Assembly: GCA_041615815.1 (NCBI GenBank)
Contig: JBFJCP010000008.1
Coordinates: 1 to 64,000 of the forward strand
DNA length: 64,000 nucleotides
Source of the DNA: Gemmatimonadales bacterium
Lineage (GTDB): Bacteria; Gemmatimonadota; Gemmatimonadetes; Gemmatimonadales; GWC2-71-9
Direction of reading: 5' to 3'
Position 1 is the stretch's first letter. The number at the start of each line of letters is the position of its first letter. The notes beneath the pieces were generated by a model. The model ran no database searches and was not told the origin of the DNA. It saw only the letters and a program-made list of their open reading frames with translations. Shown in pieces: positions 29,318 through 39,637 of the stretch. A program made the translations under genes and the position numbers.

Positions 29318-30728
29318 AGTTGTCGTAATACAGGAAAAACTCGTGCGGATGCGGTCTGAGCCGGATCGGATCCACCTCGTTCTCCATCTTGTAATCGATC
29401 CACGTCTCGATCAGGTCGTCGGTGAAGACACCACCCTTGGTCAAGAAGGCGTGATCGTTTTCGAGAGCGCTCAGCGCCTCCGGCAGCGAGCCGGGCGTAT
29501 GGCGGTACGCCGCTAGTTCCTCGGGTGTCATGTCGTAGATGTCCCGCTCCAGCGGCTCACCCGGATCGATCTTGTTCTCTATGCCGTCCAAGACCGCCAT
29601 CAACATTGCCGAGAACATCACGTAGCCGTTACAGCTCGGGTCGGGGCACCGAAACTCCAGGCGTTTGGCCTTGGCGCTCGCCGAATACATAGGGATTCGA
29701 ACGGCGGCCGATCGATTTCGCGCGGACATGACCAGATTGATCGGCGCTTCAAAACCGGGAACGAGACGACGGTACGAGTTGGTGGTCGGGGCAGCAAAAG
29801 CCAATACGGCAGGCGCGTGTTTGAGCAGCCCCCCGATACCGTAAAGGGCCAGCTCACTCAATCCCGCGTACCCATCGCCACCGAATAGGGGCTTCCCCTT
29901 CTTCCACAGCGACAGATGTGTGTGCATGCCGCTGCCGTTGTCCTGAAATACGGGCTTCGGCATGAACGTCACCGTCTTGCCGTGTCGCTTGGCGATGTTC
30001 TTGATGATGTACTTGTACCACATGAATTGATCGGCCTGCTTCAGCAGCGGCGCATATTGCATATCGATTTCGCTCTGTCCGGCCGTCCCCACTTCGTGAT
30101 GGTGCGCCTCGACGACGATGCCGATCTTTCTGAGCGCGTAGACCATCTCACCACGCAAATCGTGATACGTGTCCGTGGGGCTCACGGGAAAATACCCACC
30201 CTTGTAGCTCGGCTTGTAGCCCAGATTGGGTTCCTCGAAGCGAGCGGTGTTCCACGCCCCTTCAACCGAATCGATTTGATAGAAGCCCCGGTGTTCATTC
30301 TGTTCGTACCGGACCTCATCGAAGATGAAAAACTCGGGCTCGGGGCCGATGTAGCACACATCCGCGATTCCGGTCTTGTTCAGGTACTCCGTGGCTTTCC
30401 GCGCGATGTGCCGGGGATCTCGCGTGTAATCCTCGTGCGTGACGGGGTCGACGATGTCCGCGATCACGCTGACAGTAGGTTCCTTGAAGAAAGGATCGAG
30501 CACGGCGGTATCGGGATCGGGTACGGCCAGCATGTCCGACACGTGGATCCCCTGCCACCCTCGGATCGACGAGCCGTCGAATCCCACCCCGTGCTCGAAG
30601 GTGTCCTCATCCCAGGTATCGATCGGGAACGAACAATGCTGCCACGTGCCGAGGAGATCGACGAATTTGAGATCGACCATCTCGGCGTGGTTCTCTTTGG
30701 CGAACGCGAAGAACTCTGCCGGGGTCAT
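29316..30728 (-). CDS. glnA: Glutamine synthetase type I (beta-type)
   Basis: [65 protein letters not shown] adenylylation-site Tyr. Confidence 0.97.
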   Translation of the reverse strand: MTPAEFFAFAKENHAEMVDLKFVDLLGTWQHCSFPIDTWDEDTFEHGVGFDGSSIRGWQGIHVSDMLAVPDPDTAVLDPFFKEPTVSVIADIVDPVTHEDYTRDPRHIARKATEYLNKTGIADVCYIGPEPEFFIFDEVRYEQNEHRGFYQIDSVEGAWNTARFEEPNLGYKPSYKGGYFPVSPTDTYHDLRGEMVYALRKIGIVVEAHHHEVGTAGQSEIDMQYAPLLKQADQFMWYKYIIKNIAKRHGKTVTFMPKPVFQDNGSGMHTHLSLWKKGKPLFGGDGYAGLSELALYGIGGLLKHAPAVLAFAAPTTNSYRRLVPGFEAPINLVMSARNRSAAVRIPMYSASAKAKRLEFRCPDPSCNGYVMFSAMLMAVLDGIENKIDPGEPLERDIYDMTPEELAAYRHTPGSLPEALSALENDHAFLTKGGVFTDDLIETWIDYKMENEVDPIRLRPHPHEFFLYYDN

Positions 30729-30765
30729 GGAGGCCAGCTCCTTCGGTCTGGATTTTGGGGGCGGG

Positions 30766-30784
30766 AAATGTGACGGCCGTCAGA
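30766..30784. promoter_or_regulatory. Candidate CRP/FNR-family operator upstream of glnA
   Basis: AAATGTGA-CGGCCG-TCAGA: one mismatch to TGTGA-N6-TCACA; perfect 12-bp palindrome TGACGGCCGTCA. Confidence 0.35.
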
Positions 30785-30835
30785 GCTTAGTGCGGCAATG
30801 CCTCCCAGCGCAAGCGGGAGGGGCTGGGACCTAAG

Positions 30836-31519
30836 TCAGTTGGTCGTGTAGGCCCGTCCGATCGTGGCGGCAGCGGCGGCGTATCCGTCAGCGGTGAGAT
30901 GTCCTATGAAATCGCCATAGTCATCACACGCGCGGACCTCGGGAGAAAACCCGGCCACGATATCACCGCCGATGACTCGAGCGATTCCGTCGTCAATCAC
31001 CGGGTGATTGGTGGACGCACGTTCACCGTCAGGAGTACATACCTGGTGGCTGGGGCCTCCAACCACTGGCTGGAGCAGGATGGGGCCGGCGCTCGGGAAC
31101 CGGTCGCGAATGTGGCCAATCACCGTTTGGATATGACCCGCCCACCAATCCGGATCGCTCTGAAAGTTCGCGCTGATGGTCAGCAGTACGCGGTCCGGAG
31201 CATTCGAGTTGGCCACACACGGGGATTCGATGGGGCGCGACCAGCCATCGAAATCGGGGTCGGCCCAGAGATCGATGGCGCCACCGCTGCGCCACACCAG
31301 CTGCCATGCGTCGTCGTCCACCACCGCTTCGAAGCCCGCGTCGTACCAGCCAGCGGTCTGGCTGTACCCGATCACCTGGGTGCAGGTGAATTGCGAGCTC
31401 GGAGGCGGGGTCGGTGGGTCTCCTGAATCGTTCGGCGCCTCCGGCGCCGTGATTCCGGTGGTGCAGGCCCATGACGCGCAGACCAACACGGCCGCCGTGG
31501 CCACATAGCGTGTAAACAT
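30836..31519 (-). CDS. Hypothetical lipoprotein, possibly SGNH/GDSL-like hydrolase
   Basis: SWAC lipobox-like site, Pro-rich linker, VIGYSQT and C-terminal DFIGHLTADGY. Confidence 0.65.
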   Translation of the reverse strand: MFTRYVATAAVLVCASWACTTGITAPEAPNDSGDPPTPPPSSQFTCTQVIGYSQTAGWYDAGFEAVVDDDAWQLVWRSGGAIDLWADPDFDGWSRPIESPCVANSNAPDRVLLTISANFQSDPDWWAGHIQTVIGHIRDRFPSAGPILLQPVVGGPSHQVCTPDGERASTNHPVIDDGIARVIGGDIVAGFSPEVRACDDYGDFIGHLTADGYAAAAATIGRAYTTN

Positions 31520-31691
31520 CGTGACTCGTTTGAGAGTAAGCAAAGATGCTCGCAAGGACTGTCACCGGCCGTGACCAGGCTCACATCGGGCAGATCGACA
31601 AACGGGACTGTCGCGGACGTATGTTCTACCTACCAACCACCGCCCGAACCCGCGCTCGCCCCCTTCAAAAGGAGACGATCCCTTGAACAAC

Positions 31692-32513
31692 ATGAATGAG
31701 CTTGCCGCCAACCTCCCACTCCTCCTCATGCCATGGGGGCTCAAGGTCGTCGCCGCCGTTGTCATCCTCTTCATCGGTCGAATCGTGGCCGGGTGGGTGC
31801 GGCGGAGTGCCCGGGCGCTCCTCGAGCGGCGTGAAATGGATCCCACACTCATCCCATTCCTGGCTTCGCTCGTCTATTATCTCGTCCTCGCGTTCGTTGT
31901 CATTGCGGTTCTCGGCGCCGTTGGGATCGAAACAGCCTCGCTCATCGCGCTCCTCGGCGCTGCGGGGTTGGCCGTGGGCCTGGCATTACAGGGAACGCTG
32001 TCGAACTTCGCCGCCGGCGTGATGCTCTTGGTCTTTCGACCGTTCCAGAAGGGCGATTTCATTGAAGCCGTTGGGGTCTCCGGTTCCGTGGATGCCGTCG
32101 GTATCTTCACGACGACGCTCAACACCCCGGACAACGTGCGGGTCATTTTGCCGAACGCGAAGGTGTGGGGTGACACCATCAAGAACTTCGCGGCGAACGA
32201 CATTCGCCGTATCGACCTACTGGTGGGGATAGCCTACGACGACGATATCGGCCTAGGCATGAACACCATTCGCCGCGTGCTGGCGGCCGAGAGCCGGGTC
32301 CTCAAGGATCCGGAACCCACCGTCGCCGTCGGCGAGCTCGGAGATTCGTCGGTGAATCTCGTGGTTCGTCCTTGGTGCAAGCGCGAGGAGTATTGGGCGG
32401 TACGGTGGGACCTGACGAGAGCGTTCAAAGAGGAGCTTGAGCGCGCGGGCTGCTCGATCCCGTTCCCTCAGCGGGATGTGCATGTGTTTCGGGAGAAGGA
32501 GTCCGCGGCCTAG
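31692..32513 (+). CDS. mscS: Small-conductance mechanosensitive channel
   Basis: GAAGLAVGLALQGTLSNFAAG, RPFQKGDFI, ELGDSSVNL, IPFPQRDVH. Confidence 0.95.
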   Translation: MNELAANLPLLLMPWGLKVVAAVVILFIGRIVAGWVRRSARALLERREMDPTLIPFLASLVYYLVLAFVVIAVLGAVGIETASLIALLGAAGLAVGLALQGTLSNFAAGVMLLVFRPFQKGDFIEAVGVSGSVDAVGIFTTTLNTPDNVRVILPNAKVWGDTIKNFAANDIRRIDLLVGIAYDDDIGLGMNTIRRVLAAESRVLKDPEPTVAVGELGDSSVNLVVRPWCKREEYWAVRWDLTRAFKEELERAGCSIPFPQRDVHVFREKESAA

Positions 32514-32553
32514 CCCAGATGACAAACCCCATGCAATGCATGGGCTTACGAGA

Positions 32554-32625
<72 letters not shown>

Positions 32626-32738
32626 GCGTAGGAAAAACTTGGGTGGCTCGGGGCGGAATCTCAAGGGCCAAAGATTGCGCACCCGTCTCGAGGGGAAAGT
32701 CGGCGCGGACGGGCGAGCGCAGAGGGGGAGGACAGAAC

Positions 32739-32767
32739 TTGTCTCCGCGAACCGTTCGGGCTAGGAT
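32739..32767 (+). promoter_or_regulatory. sigma70-like promoter for tRNA-Arg
   Basis: TTGTCT-N17-TAGGAT ending 8 nt before the tRNA. Confidence 0.55.
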
Positions 32768-32775
32768 TTGGGCCC

Positions 32776-32849
32776 GCGCCCGTGGCTCAACTGGATAGAG
32801 CATCGGACTTCGGATCCGAGGGTTGGGGGTTCGAGTCCCTCCGGGCGCA
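32776..32849 (+). tRNA. tRNA-Arg(TCG)
   Basis: GCGCCCG/CGGGCGC acceptor stem, GCTCAACTGGATAGAGC D-arm, TCGGA-CTTCGGA-TCCGA anticodon arm, GGTTCGAGTCC T-loop. Confidence 0.95.
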
Positions 32850-33032
32850 TCCTCACCAGCTAGAGGTGCGGGTCAGCGGCGCACCCTTCCGCAACGAGAA
32901 CCACCCACACGCGTGTACCCCGTGTGGGCGGTGCGATGCCGAGGTCCCCTTCTCTTGCCGAAGCTGACCGCCACGCATCACCGTCCAGTCTCCTCACCCG
33001 CTACCTCACGGCAACCCGTCGTCCCGGACGAG

Positions 33033-33605
33033 CTACGGATTGTAGATCAACCCTCCCCGATCCCGATACAGCTGCAACACCGCGCGCGCTTCCTCACGCA
33101 TCACTCCGCGCACGATCTCGATACCCCGTTCCTCGAGATATCGGTACGACTGCGGAAATACGGGCCCCTCATCGAAGTTGAGGCGCGTCGCGTCCTCCCG
33201 GTTGGCCCCGGTGACCAGTCGATTGACCCCGCTCCACAGCACGGCTCCCAGACACATGGCGCATGGATCGCACGACGACACCAGCTCGTGTCCCGGAGGG
33301 GTGTCAGCACCCAACGTGTGAGACCCGACACGCCGCTGCGCCATCATCACCGCGACGATCTCGGCGTGGAGGGAGGAGTTCATGAGCGGCACGACGCGGT
33401 TCATTCCCGCGCCCACGAGCTTCCCCGACTCCGCTTCGAACACCGCCGCACCAAACGGTCCTCCAGTGTTATGAAGCACGTTCTCCCGCGCGAGTGTAAT
33501 CGCCAGCCCCATACGATCTTCCCGAGTGGCATACATCCGATCCCACTCCACCACCGCGTCGATCCACTCGGGATAGATGACCTGCACCACCGGTCGCTCA
33601 GTCAC
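33033..33605 (-). CDS. Nucleoside deaminase (CDA superfamily), guanine-deaminase-like
   Basis: GGPFGAAVF, HAEI, DPCAMCLGA zinc motifs, FDEGP, C-terminal IYNP. Confidence 0.88.
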   Translation of the reverse strand: MTERPVVQVIYPEWIDAVVEWDRMYATREDRMGLAITLARENVLHNTGGPFGAAVFEAESGKLVGAGMNRVVPLMNSSLHAEIVAVMMAQRRVGSHTLGADTPPGHELVSSCDPCAMCLGAVLWSGVNRLVTGANREDATRLNFDEGPVFPQSYRYLEERGIEIVRGVMREEARAVLQLYRDRGGLIYNP

Positions 33606-33729
33606 GTTCCACCTCAGGCTCCTCGGTGCCATCGAATCCCGTCGCTCGCCGCCCCATTGCACCGCCTTCCTGTACGTCCATCATTCCGTATCTTCCTCCA
33701 GCCCCCGAAACCCGCGGCGGGAGGTTCGT

Positions 33730-34194
33730 ATGAGCGATGTTCACGGCGTCGCCTCCACGCTACCGTATGGTGCGTGCGTGCTCGATAGCATCTTGACCGC
33801 CGGACAGCCAGAGGAAGCGCAGTTTGCCGCCGTGGCAACCGCCGGCTGCAAACTGGTATTGGATTTGCGCGGTCCTCATGAGCCACGTCCCTGCAACGAG
33901 CCCACCTGCGTGGCCGCAGCCGGCATGGAATACTTGAATATCCCCATTACGCCCGAGACGCTCCAGGATGACACCTTCAACCAGTTCCGTTCGGTGATGC
34001 GTGACACCACCAAGCGTCCAATCCTGATCCATTGCGCCAGCTCGGATCGCGTGGGTGCGCTCCTTCTTCCCTACTTCATTCTGGATGAGGGCAAAGACCG
34101 CGACACTGCCCTCGGGCTCGCAATCCAGGCGGGGTTGCGAACTCCCCTCCTCGCTGAAGTGGCCCTGGACTACGCAGAACGCGCCGCAACCTGA
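33730..34194 (+). CDS. DUF442/Blh-like PTP-fold sulfurtransferase/phosphatase
   Basis: [33 protein letters not shown] (CX5R); GGAGG RBS. Confidence 0.82.
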   Translation: MSDVHGVASTLPYGACVLDSILTAGQPEEAQFAAVATAGCKLVLDLRGPHEPRPCNEPTCVAAAGMEYLNIPITPETLQDDTFNQFRSVMRDTTKRPILIHCASSDRVGALLLPYFILDEGKDRDTALGLAIQAGLRTPLLAEVALDYAERAAT

Positions 34195-34220
34195 GCACGG
34201 CGACATCAACGGGAACCACC

Positions 34221-34550
34221 ATGATCATCTCGACGACCCCACGGATCGACGGCCATGAGATCACCCAGTACTACGGCATCGTCACCGGCGAGGCTATCCT
34301 GGGTGCCAACATCTTCAAGGATTTCTTCGCCGGCCTCCGCGACATCGTGGGCGGGCGCTCCGCGGCCTACGAGGAGGAGCTCCGGAAGGCCCGCGATATC
34401 GCGATCGACGAAATGGCCTTGGAAGCGGAAGGCCTCGGCGCGAATGCCGTGGTGGGCGTCGATCTCGACTACGAGACCATTCAGGTCGGCAGCAGCGGGA
34501 GCATGCTCATGGTGAGCGCATCGGGGACGGCGGTCAAAGTCCTGATGTAA
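34221..34550 (+). CDS. YbjQ/UPF0145 heavy-metal-binding domain protein
   Basis: [35 protein letters not shown]...[13 protein letters not shown]. Confidence 0.93.
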   Translation: MIISTTPRIDGHEITQYYGIVTGEAILGANIFKDFFAGLRDIVGGRSAAYEEELRKARDIAIDEMALEAEGLGANAVVGVDLDYETIQVGSSGSMLMVSASGTAVKVLM

Positions 34551-34641
34551 GAGGCATAAAAGGCAGGTGGCAGAGGGCAGCGGGCGGCGCAGAGTGGCGG
34601 CGGGGAAGGGGGATTGACGCGTCTCCGGCCTCTCACGCCCG

Positions 34642-36228
34642 CTAGAAGAAGAACCCTCTCCCAAACACCACCACCCAGCGGCGACCATCGAACCCGTCGC
34701 CAAAGCGGTATGCGACGTCCAACCTACCAACGTTGGGGCCAGCGGATCTCGTGGCCCCAAAGCGGATTCCGGCTCCAACATCTCCACCAAATCGTGCGTC
34801 CTGATCTGGATACCACGCGCCTCCGTAGTCCACGAAAGCGGCGAAGCCCAGACCCATCACACCCAGGACCTCGTCGATGACGAAAGCGCGATGCTCCAGT
34901 GATCCCCAGATCCCGCGCGTTCCAGTAAACGCGTGAACGTCGAACGCCCGGGGCCCAATCCCATGCCCAAGGTCGATCTCCTGTCCCGGCGGGGTGCCCC
35001 GCCGGGACATCGCCTCGACGTGAAACACGGTCGCGTTCTTCTCGAAGGACTGCGAGACGAAGGTGAAACCCGCCCACACCTGTCCCGAATCGGGCTCGAA
35101 CGACGTCGTGAAGAGACCGTTGGCCCGCGCAGCGAGTCTGAGCCAATGCTTCCCGAGGATCGCCCCCGTCTGAAAGAACGCCCGAGGACCGATGCCCGTT
35201 CGCTCATAGCCAAAGGCACTCGGCGCAAGCCATGCACCGAGGACGAGCCTCGTGCTCAGGTCCACGTCCACATCTCGATCGAACCCGATGTAATGGGTCG
35301 TCACCTTGAAGCGCGCGAGTGCGAAGTCCGCGAACACCCCCAGCGCGCCCGTCACGGTGTCGGGGATGGCAAGCGGGCTATCCGCTTTCGGGAAGAACTC
35401 CTCCCGCTTCACCTGCGCTGTTAGCCCTACGCGGATGTACCCCGTGGGACTCGCGACAGGGGCATACGCAATGCGCGCTTGTTGCCAGAAGAGATTTCGT
35501 CGAAAGGTCTGCGACAAAACCCCATCGCGAAACTGCAGCATGTCCCGCTGTGCCGTGGCTCCGGACAAGTCGAACGCGTACCGCTCTTCGAAGGCGCGAA
35601 ACGGCCTGGCGACCGTCCACTCTCCCACCTGCCCATCACTGAGATCGTCGTACAGCCCGGACACGAGGAGCCGCGATCCCAAGGGCCGGTCCCACCGACC
35701 CAGCACGGTCACGGCCGTTCGATCAGGCTCGTCCCGATACGTGACCCCGGCCTGTGCGCCTGTACCGAAGAGGTTGCGCTCGAGGAGTCCGGCCGCCCAT
35801 GAGAACGTCCCACCTGTGGACCGCCCCGTGAGATTGAGGTCCGTAGTCCAACCGTCGCCCGTCTGCAGATAGACCGTCACCGAGTCGCCTCGATGCAGCG
35901 TGTCGACCGCGACGTCACGAAAGATCCCCAGCGTGCGGAGGTTCCGGAGCGACTCTTCCACCCGCGCGGAATCGTAGGCGTCGCCCACATCGAAGAGGAG
36001 CTCGCGACGGATCACGTAGGGGCGGGTGGTAAAATGGAGCGCGTTGGCAATGCGGAAGAACAGACTGGTGCGGGCTTCCGCCGGATCGTACACGTCGTGG
36101 TTGATCACGATGATGCTGTCGATGACTGGGGCCTGAGCCCCCGTGCCATCTTGGGCGGCTACGATCCACAGCGGCATTACCGCAAAGAGAACGGACAGGA
36201 ATACCGATCGCGTCACCGGCGCGTACAC
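34642..36228 (-). CDS. Omp85/BamA-TamA-like outer-membrane protein with one POTRA domain
   Basis: Signal peptide; TTRPYVIRRELLF..GD.Y...EESLRNLR POTRA; ERNLFGTG; AAFVDYGGAW; terminal F. Confidence 0.82.
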   Translation of the reverse strand: MYAPVTRSVFLSVLFAVMPLWIVAAQDGTGAQAPVIDSIIVINHDVYDPAEARTSLFFRIANALHFTTRPYVIRRELLFDVGDAYDSARVEESLRNLRTLGIFRDVAVDTLHRGDSVTVYLQTGDGWTTDLNLTGRSTGGTFSWAAGLLERNLFGTGAQAGVTYRDEPDRTAVTVLGRWDRPLGSRLLVSGLYDDLSDGQVGEWTVARPFRAFEERYAFDLSGATAQRDMLQFRDGVLSQTFRRNLFWQQARIAYAPVASPTGYIRVGLTAQVKREEFFPKADSPLAIPDTVTGALGVFADFALARFKVTTHYIGFDRDVDVDLSTRLVLGAWLAPSAFGYERTGIGPRAFFQTGAILGKHWLRLAARANGLFTTSFEPDSGQVWAGFTFVSQSFEKNATVFHVEAMSRRGTPPGQEIDLGHGIGPRAFDVHAFTGTRGIWGSLEHRAFVIDEVLGVMGLGFAAFVDYGGAWYPDQDARFGGDVGAGIRFGATRSAGPNVGRLDVAYRFGDGFDGRRWVVVFGRGFFF

Positions 36229-36419
36229 CTATGCCATGCCACCCGCCGAATCGAGGGCACTGTGGGGCGGTTCGTCACCAACGTCGCAGACATTCCTTCG
36301 AGATTCCCCTCGTCCCATGGGTTGCTGAGTCCCGGCAGTGGCCGGGTCTTCGTAACATAGCGGAAACGCTTGTGAGATCGGATGGCGGCGCGAGGACTGT
36401 GGAAACCCGAGTTCAGTGA

Positions 36420-36755
36420 TGATTGCAGAGTACAGATTGCAGGCATCGGAGCAGGATGGCGCTATTCTGCACCCCGTCGCGCCCTTCTGGACCCCACGCG
36501 GCAGTGAGAAGGACCATGATACGGCGTGAAGGCAATCCCGCCGAATCGGCCTAACGGAGCTCCGCGAAGCCCGACTGTGGCTACCGTTGCTCTCCGAGGT
36601 CGGTTATGAAAACCCGCCTGGGTCCATTGACACTGCGCCAAGTGGATGAGCTAATCTCTCGACCTTCGTTGTCAGTATCAAGTCGGCAAAGCACAGACTC
36701 GAGACCTCACCAGACGCGCGTACTATCCGCAATCTGCATTCTACAGTCTGCAATC
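36420..36755. repeat. Inverted heptamer tandem repeats flanking a decayed gene
   Basis: GATTGCA-GAGTACA-GATTGCA at 36421 versus TATCCGC-AATCTGC-ATTCTAC-AGTCTGC-AATC at 36724-36755. Confidence 0.75.
36520..36705 (+). pseudogene. Frameshifted remnant of a four-helix-bundle (23S rRNA IVP/TIGR02436-like) gene
   Basis: Three frames join to QSR-RIGLTELREARLWLPLLSEVGY / TRLGPLTLRQVDELIS / TFVVSIKSAKHR, matching the family pattern I.LKELRET.YWL.LL...E.DELI.I...SIK.AK. Confidence 0.7.
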
Positions 36756-36772
36756 GAAGAATCCGGGGTCGA

Positions 36773-38182
36773 TCAGTATTTCCCCAGATACTTTTCGATC
36801 TCCCATTGGCTCACCATCGCGGAATACTCCAGCCATTCCTGCCGCTTGGCTTCCACGAATCGCTCGTAGATGTGATCACCGAGCGCTTCACATATGACGG
36901 GATCTTTTTCCAGGTAGTCGAGCGCCTCATGCAGGTCACGCGGCAACTCGTCGATCCGGTGCCGGCGGCGTTCCCGATAGCTCATGGTGAAGATGTTCTT
37001 GTTCACCGGGTCGGGAGGAGTCAGGTTCTCGCGAACTCCATCTAGCCCGGCGGCCAACTGCACCGTCAGCGCCAGGTACGGGTTCGCCGAGGGATCGGGC
37101 ATGCGGAGCTCACATCGGGTACCTTGACCGCGCCTGTCGGGAATCCGGATCAATGGTGACCGGTTGCGCATGCTCCATGCGACGTTTGTGGGCGCCTCGT
37201 ACCCGGGCACCAGACGCTTGTAGCTGTTCACCTGAGGATTGGTCACCGCACAAAACCCGCGCGCGTGTTTGAGCAGCCCCGCGATGTAGCCCAGACCCTC
37301 CTTCGAGATTTCCCACTTGGCCGTAGGATCGTAGAACGCGTTCGTACCGTTTTTGAACAGCGACTGGTGCGTGTGCATCCCGGAACCGTTCTGCCCCTGA
37401 ATGGGCTTGGGCATGAACGTCGCCAAGAAGCCATGCCGATAGGCGATGTTGCGCACGACGAAACGGAAGGTGGCGATGTTGTCCGCCGTCGTCAGGGCGT
37501 CGGCGTACCGGAAGTCGACCTCATGCTGGCCTTGTGCCACCTCGTGATGACCCGCCTCGACCTCGAACCCCATGTGGACGAGGTCGTGAATGATCAAGCG
37601 TCGAATTGGTTCGGCACGATCCACCGGCGCGAGGTCGAAATAGCCGCCCTGATCGTGTGTTTCGAGCGAGGGATCACCGCGCTGATCGAGGTGGAAGATG
37701 AAAAACTCCGCTTCGCACCCCGCCATCATCTCATACCCAATCTCCTTGGCCCGGGCAATCTGCCGCTTGAGTGTGAGACGCGGACAGCCCGCGAATGGAG
37801 AGTCATCCGGATTGTAGATGTCGCAGATGAGGCGGGCCACTCGGCCGCCCTCGTCATCGTAGGGGAAGATCTCGAACGTCGCGAGATCCGGCTTGAGCAC
37901 CATGTCGCTCTCTTCGATCCGGACGAAGCCCTCGATAGACGAGCCGTCGAACATCACATCGCCCGAGAGCGCCTTGTCGAACTGGCTGCTCGGCACCTCG
38001 ACGTTCTTGTTGACACCGGTGATATCGGTGAACTGGAGTCGGAGAAAATCGACGTCGAAGTCCTGCGCCAGCTTCAGGACGTCACTCTTGCTGGCCCCTT
38101 CAGTGTCGAGGGACGCGCCTCGCACCCGGGGCTTCGTATCTTCGACCGGTACCGTCAACGCCTTGCCGCGAGCCACGTTCAT
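36773..38182 (-). CDS. glnA: Glutamine synthetase type I (alpha/Bacillus-like)
   Basis: LRLQFTDITG, MFDGSSIEGFVRIEESDM, HHEVAQGQHEVDF, NGSGMH, NSYKRLVPGYEAP, NRSPLIRIP; NIFTM lacks the adenylylated Tyr; AAGGAG RBS. Confidence 0.96.
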   Translation of the reverse strand: MNVARGKALTVPVEDTKPRVRGASLDTEGASKSDVLKLAQDFDVDFLRLQFTDITGVNKNVEVPSSQFDKALSGDVMFDGSSIEGFVRIEESDMVLKPDLATFEIFPYDDEGGRVARLICDIYNPDDSPFAGCPRLTLKRQIARAKEIGYEMMAGCEAEFFIFHLDQRGDPSLETHDQGGYFDLAPVDRAEPIRRLIIHDLVHMGFEVEAGHHEVAQGQHEVDFRYADALTTADNIATFRFVVRNIAYRHGFLATFMPKPIQGQNGSGMHTHQSLFKNGTNAFYDPTAKWEISKEGLGYIAGLLKHARGFCAVTNPQVNSYKRLVPGYEAPTNVAWSMRNRSPLIRIPDRRGQGTRCELRMPDPSANPYLALTVQLAAGLDGVRENLTPPDPVNKNIFTMSYRERRRHRIDELPRDLHEALDYLEKDPVICEALGDHIYERFVEAKRQEWLEYSAMVSQWEIEKYLGKY

Positions 38183-38341
38183 GCTCCTTCCGAAAGAGGG
38201 GTTACCCGGCGGCACAGGGCACCGGGCGCGCGGAAGGATATTTGGTCAGTGCCCTGGTGTCAACGATCTGTGGCCGCTTTGGCAGATGGAGGCTAGTATG
38301 AGGACGTCGAATAGAGGGAAAACGCAGAAACGTCGCTTATT

Positions 38342-38360
38342 TTGTGCAGATTTTTCACAA
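38342..38360. promoter_or_regulatory. Candidate palindromic operator upstream of the second glnA
   Basis: TTGTGCAGATTTTTCACAA; contains TGTGC-N7-TCACA, one mismatch to the GlnR/TnrA box TGTNA-N7-TNACA. Confidence 0.35.
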
Positions 38361-38385
38361 TTTAAGGATCACTCGAGATCCTCAA

Positions 38386-38712
38386 TCATCCCCCTTTGAG
38401 CGAGTCGAGGAGATTCCACAGCTCCTGAGCCGAGAACTCCGAAAAGCGGACCTGGACGTCGGATTCCGACCACTCCAGAAAGATCCAACCAGACAGCCGG
38501 TGGACGTTGCTGGAAATGAAGTGGATGCGGCCGCGAATCGCGCCGACCTCGCGATCCTGTACGGTTTCGAGCAGCACCTCCCACCGGGAGTCCCCTCGCT
38601 CCAGCGTCCCCATCTGTCGAGCCTTGATCTGGCTGAGTGGGGGGTTGAACCCCGAGGAGGTAGGCCGGGCATCCGAACCGGAGGGCATGCCCGCTACAGT
38701 AATGCGCTCCAA
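38386..38712 (-). CDS. Hypothetical protein
   Basis: Globular-looking 108-aa ORF (WEVLLET...RGRIHF...GWIFLE...ELWNLLDSL) filling the gap. Confidence 0.7.
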   Translation of the reverse strand: MERITVAGMPSGSDARPTSSGFNPPLSQIKARQMGTLERGDSRWEVLLETVQDREVGAIRGRIHFISSNVHRLSGWIFLEWSESDVQVRFSEFSAQELWNLLDSLKGG

Positions 38713-38860
38713 GGGGCTACGCTAGCTGGGCAATGAGGACGTCGTGCGATGGCCGCGGGGTTGGGGCAGTCAAACGGGTGCCCCGATAAGGCCACCGGCG
38801 ATACTTTCCTTACGACCCGACTTTCGGCCCTTCACGACTCGCGATTCGAGACCAGTTCTT

Positions 38861-39637
38861 GTGAGCACAACGTCACAGCCCGCCCCCGATTCCCAACGGT
38901 CTTGCCCCAACTGCGGCCAACCGGCGGACGGAAAGTTCTGCAGCAGCTGCGGCGCTCCCCTCCTGGGAGCAGCCTGCCCAGGATGTGGCACCCCATTGAG
39001 CCCGGGCGCCCGGTTTTGCCACTTGTGCGGTACACCCATGGGCCCCCGACGCCCGCGGACACCGGCGGCTGCGTGGTTGGTGGCAGCCGCAGCCGTCGCC
39101 GCATTGGTCGTGGTGGTGATCTTCGCGGCCGTTCGCGGGCCCGCGACGCCACCCCCCGCCGCCGCAGCAGCGACGCCGCCCGCCGCGGCCAGCGGTGGGG
39201 CCACTGACATTTCCTCGCTCACCCCGCGCGAGAGAGCCGACCGTCTGTACGATCGGATTATGCGCGCACACGAACGCGGCGACACGAGTGAGCTCCGATT
39301 CTTCACGCCCATGGCGCTGCAAGCGTACGCCATGCTGGGCGGTCTCGACAGCGACGCTCGGTATCACGTGGGTCTGATCCATGCCATCCGTGGCGACGCG
39401 GCGGCGGCTCGCGCGCAGGCCGATTCCATGCCAACCGGCCACCTGCTTGCGGCCATGCTGCGCCAACGCGCGGCCATCGCCCTCGGAGACGCGAGGGCGA
39501 GCGAGCAGGCATACCGGGATTTCTTGAGCAATTTTACGCGGGAGATCGCAACCGACTTGCCGGAGTACACCGCCCATCGGCCGCTTATCGACAGCTTTCG
39601 CACCGAGGCAGAGCGTGTCACCGGAGGAAGCCAGTGA
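38861..39637 (+). CDS. Double zinc-ribbon membrane protein with helical/TPR-like C-terminus
   Basis: CPNCG..KFCSSCG..CPGCG..RFCHLCG, one TM helix, helical tail; stop overlaps the mqnD start. Confidence 0.82.
   Translation: MSTTSQPAPDSQRSCPNCGQPADGKFCSSCGAPLLGAACPGCGTPLSPGARFCHLCGTPMGPRRPRTPAAAWLVAAAAVAALVVVVIFAAVRGPATPPPAAAAATPPAAASGGATDISSLTPRERADRLYDRIMRAHERGDTSELRFFTPMALQAYAMLGGLDSDARYHVGLIHAIRGDAAAARAQADSMPTGHLLAAMLRQRAAIALGDARASEQAYRDFLSNFTREIATDLPEYTAHRPLIDSFRTEAERVTGGSQ

Noticed and set aside
33033..33605. tadA call for the deaminase next to tRNA-Arg
   Set aside because: Lacks the TadA EVPVGA and TLEPC context; the FDEGP and terminal IYN pattern fits guanine-deaminase-like enzymes.
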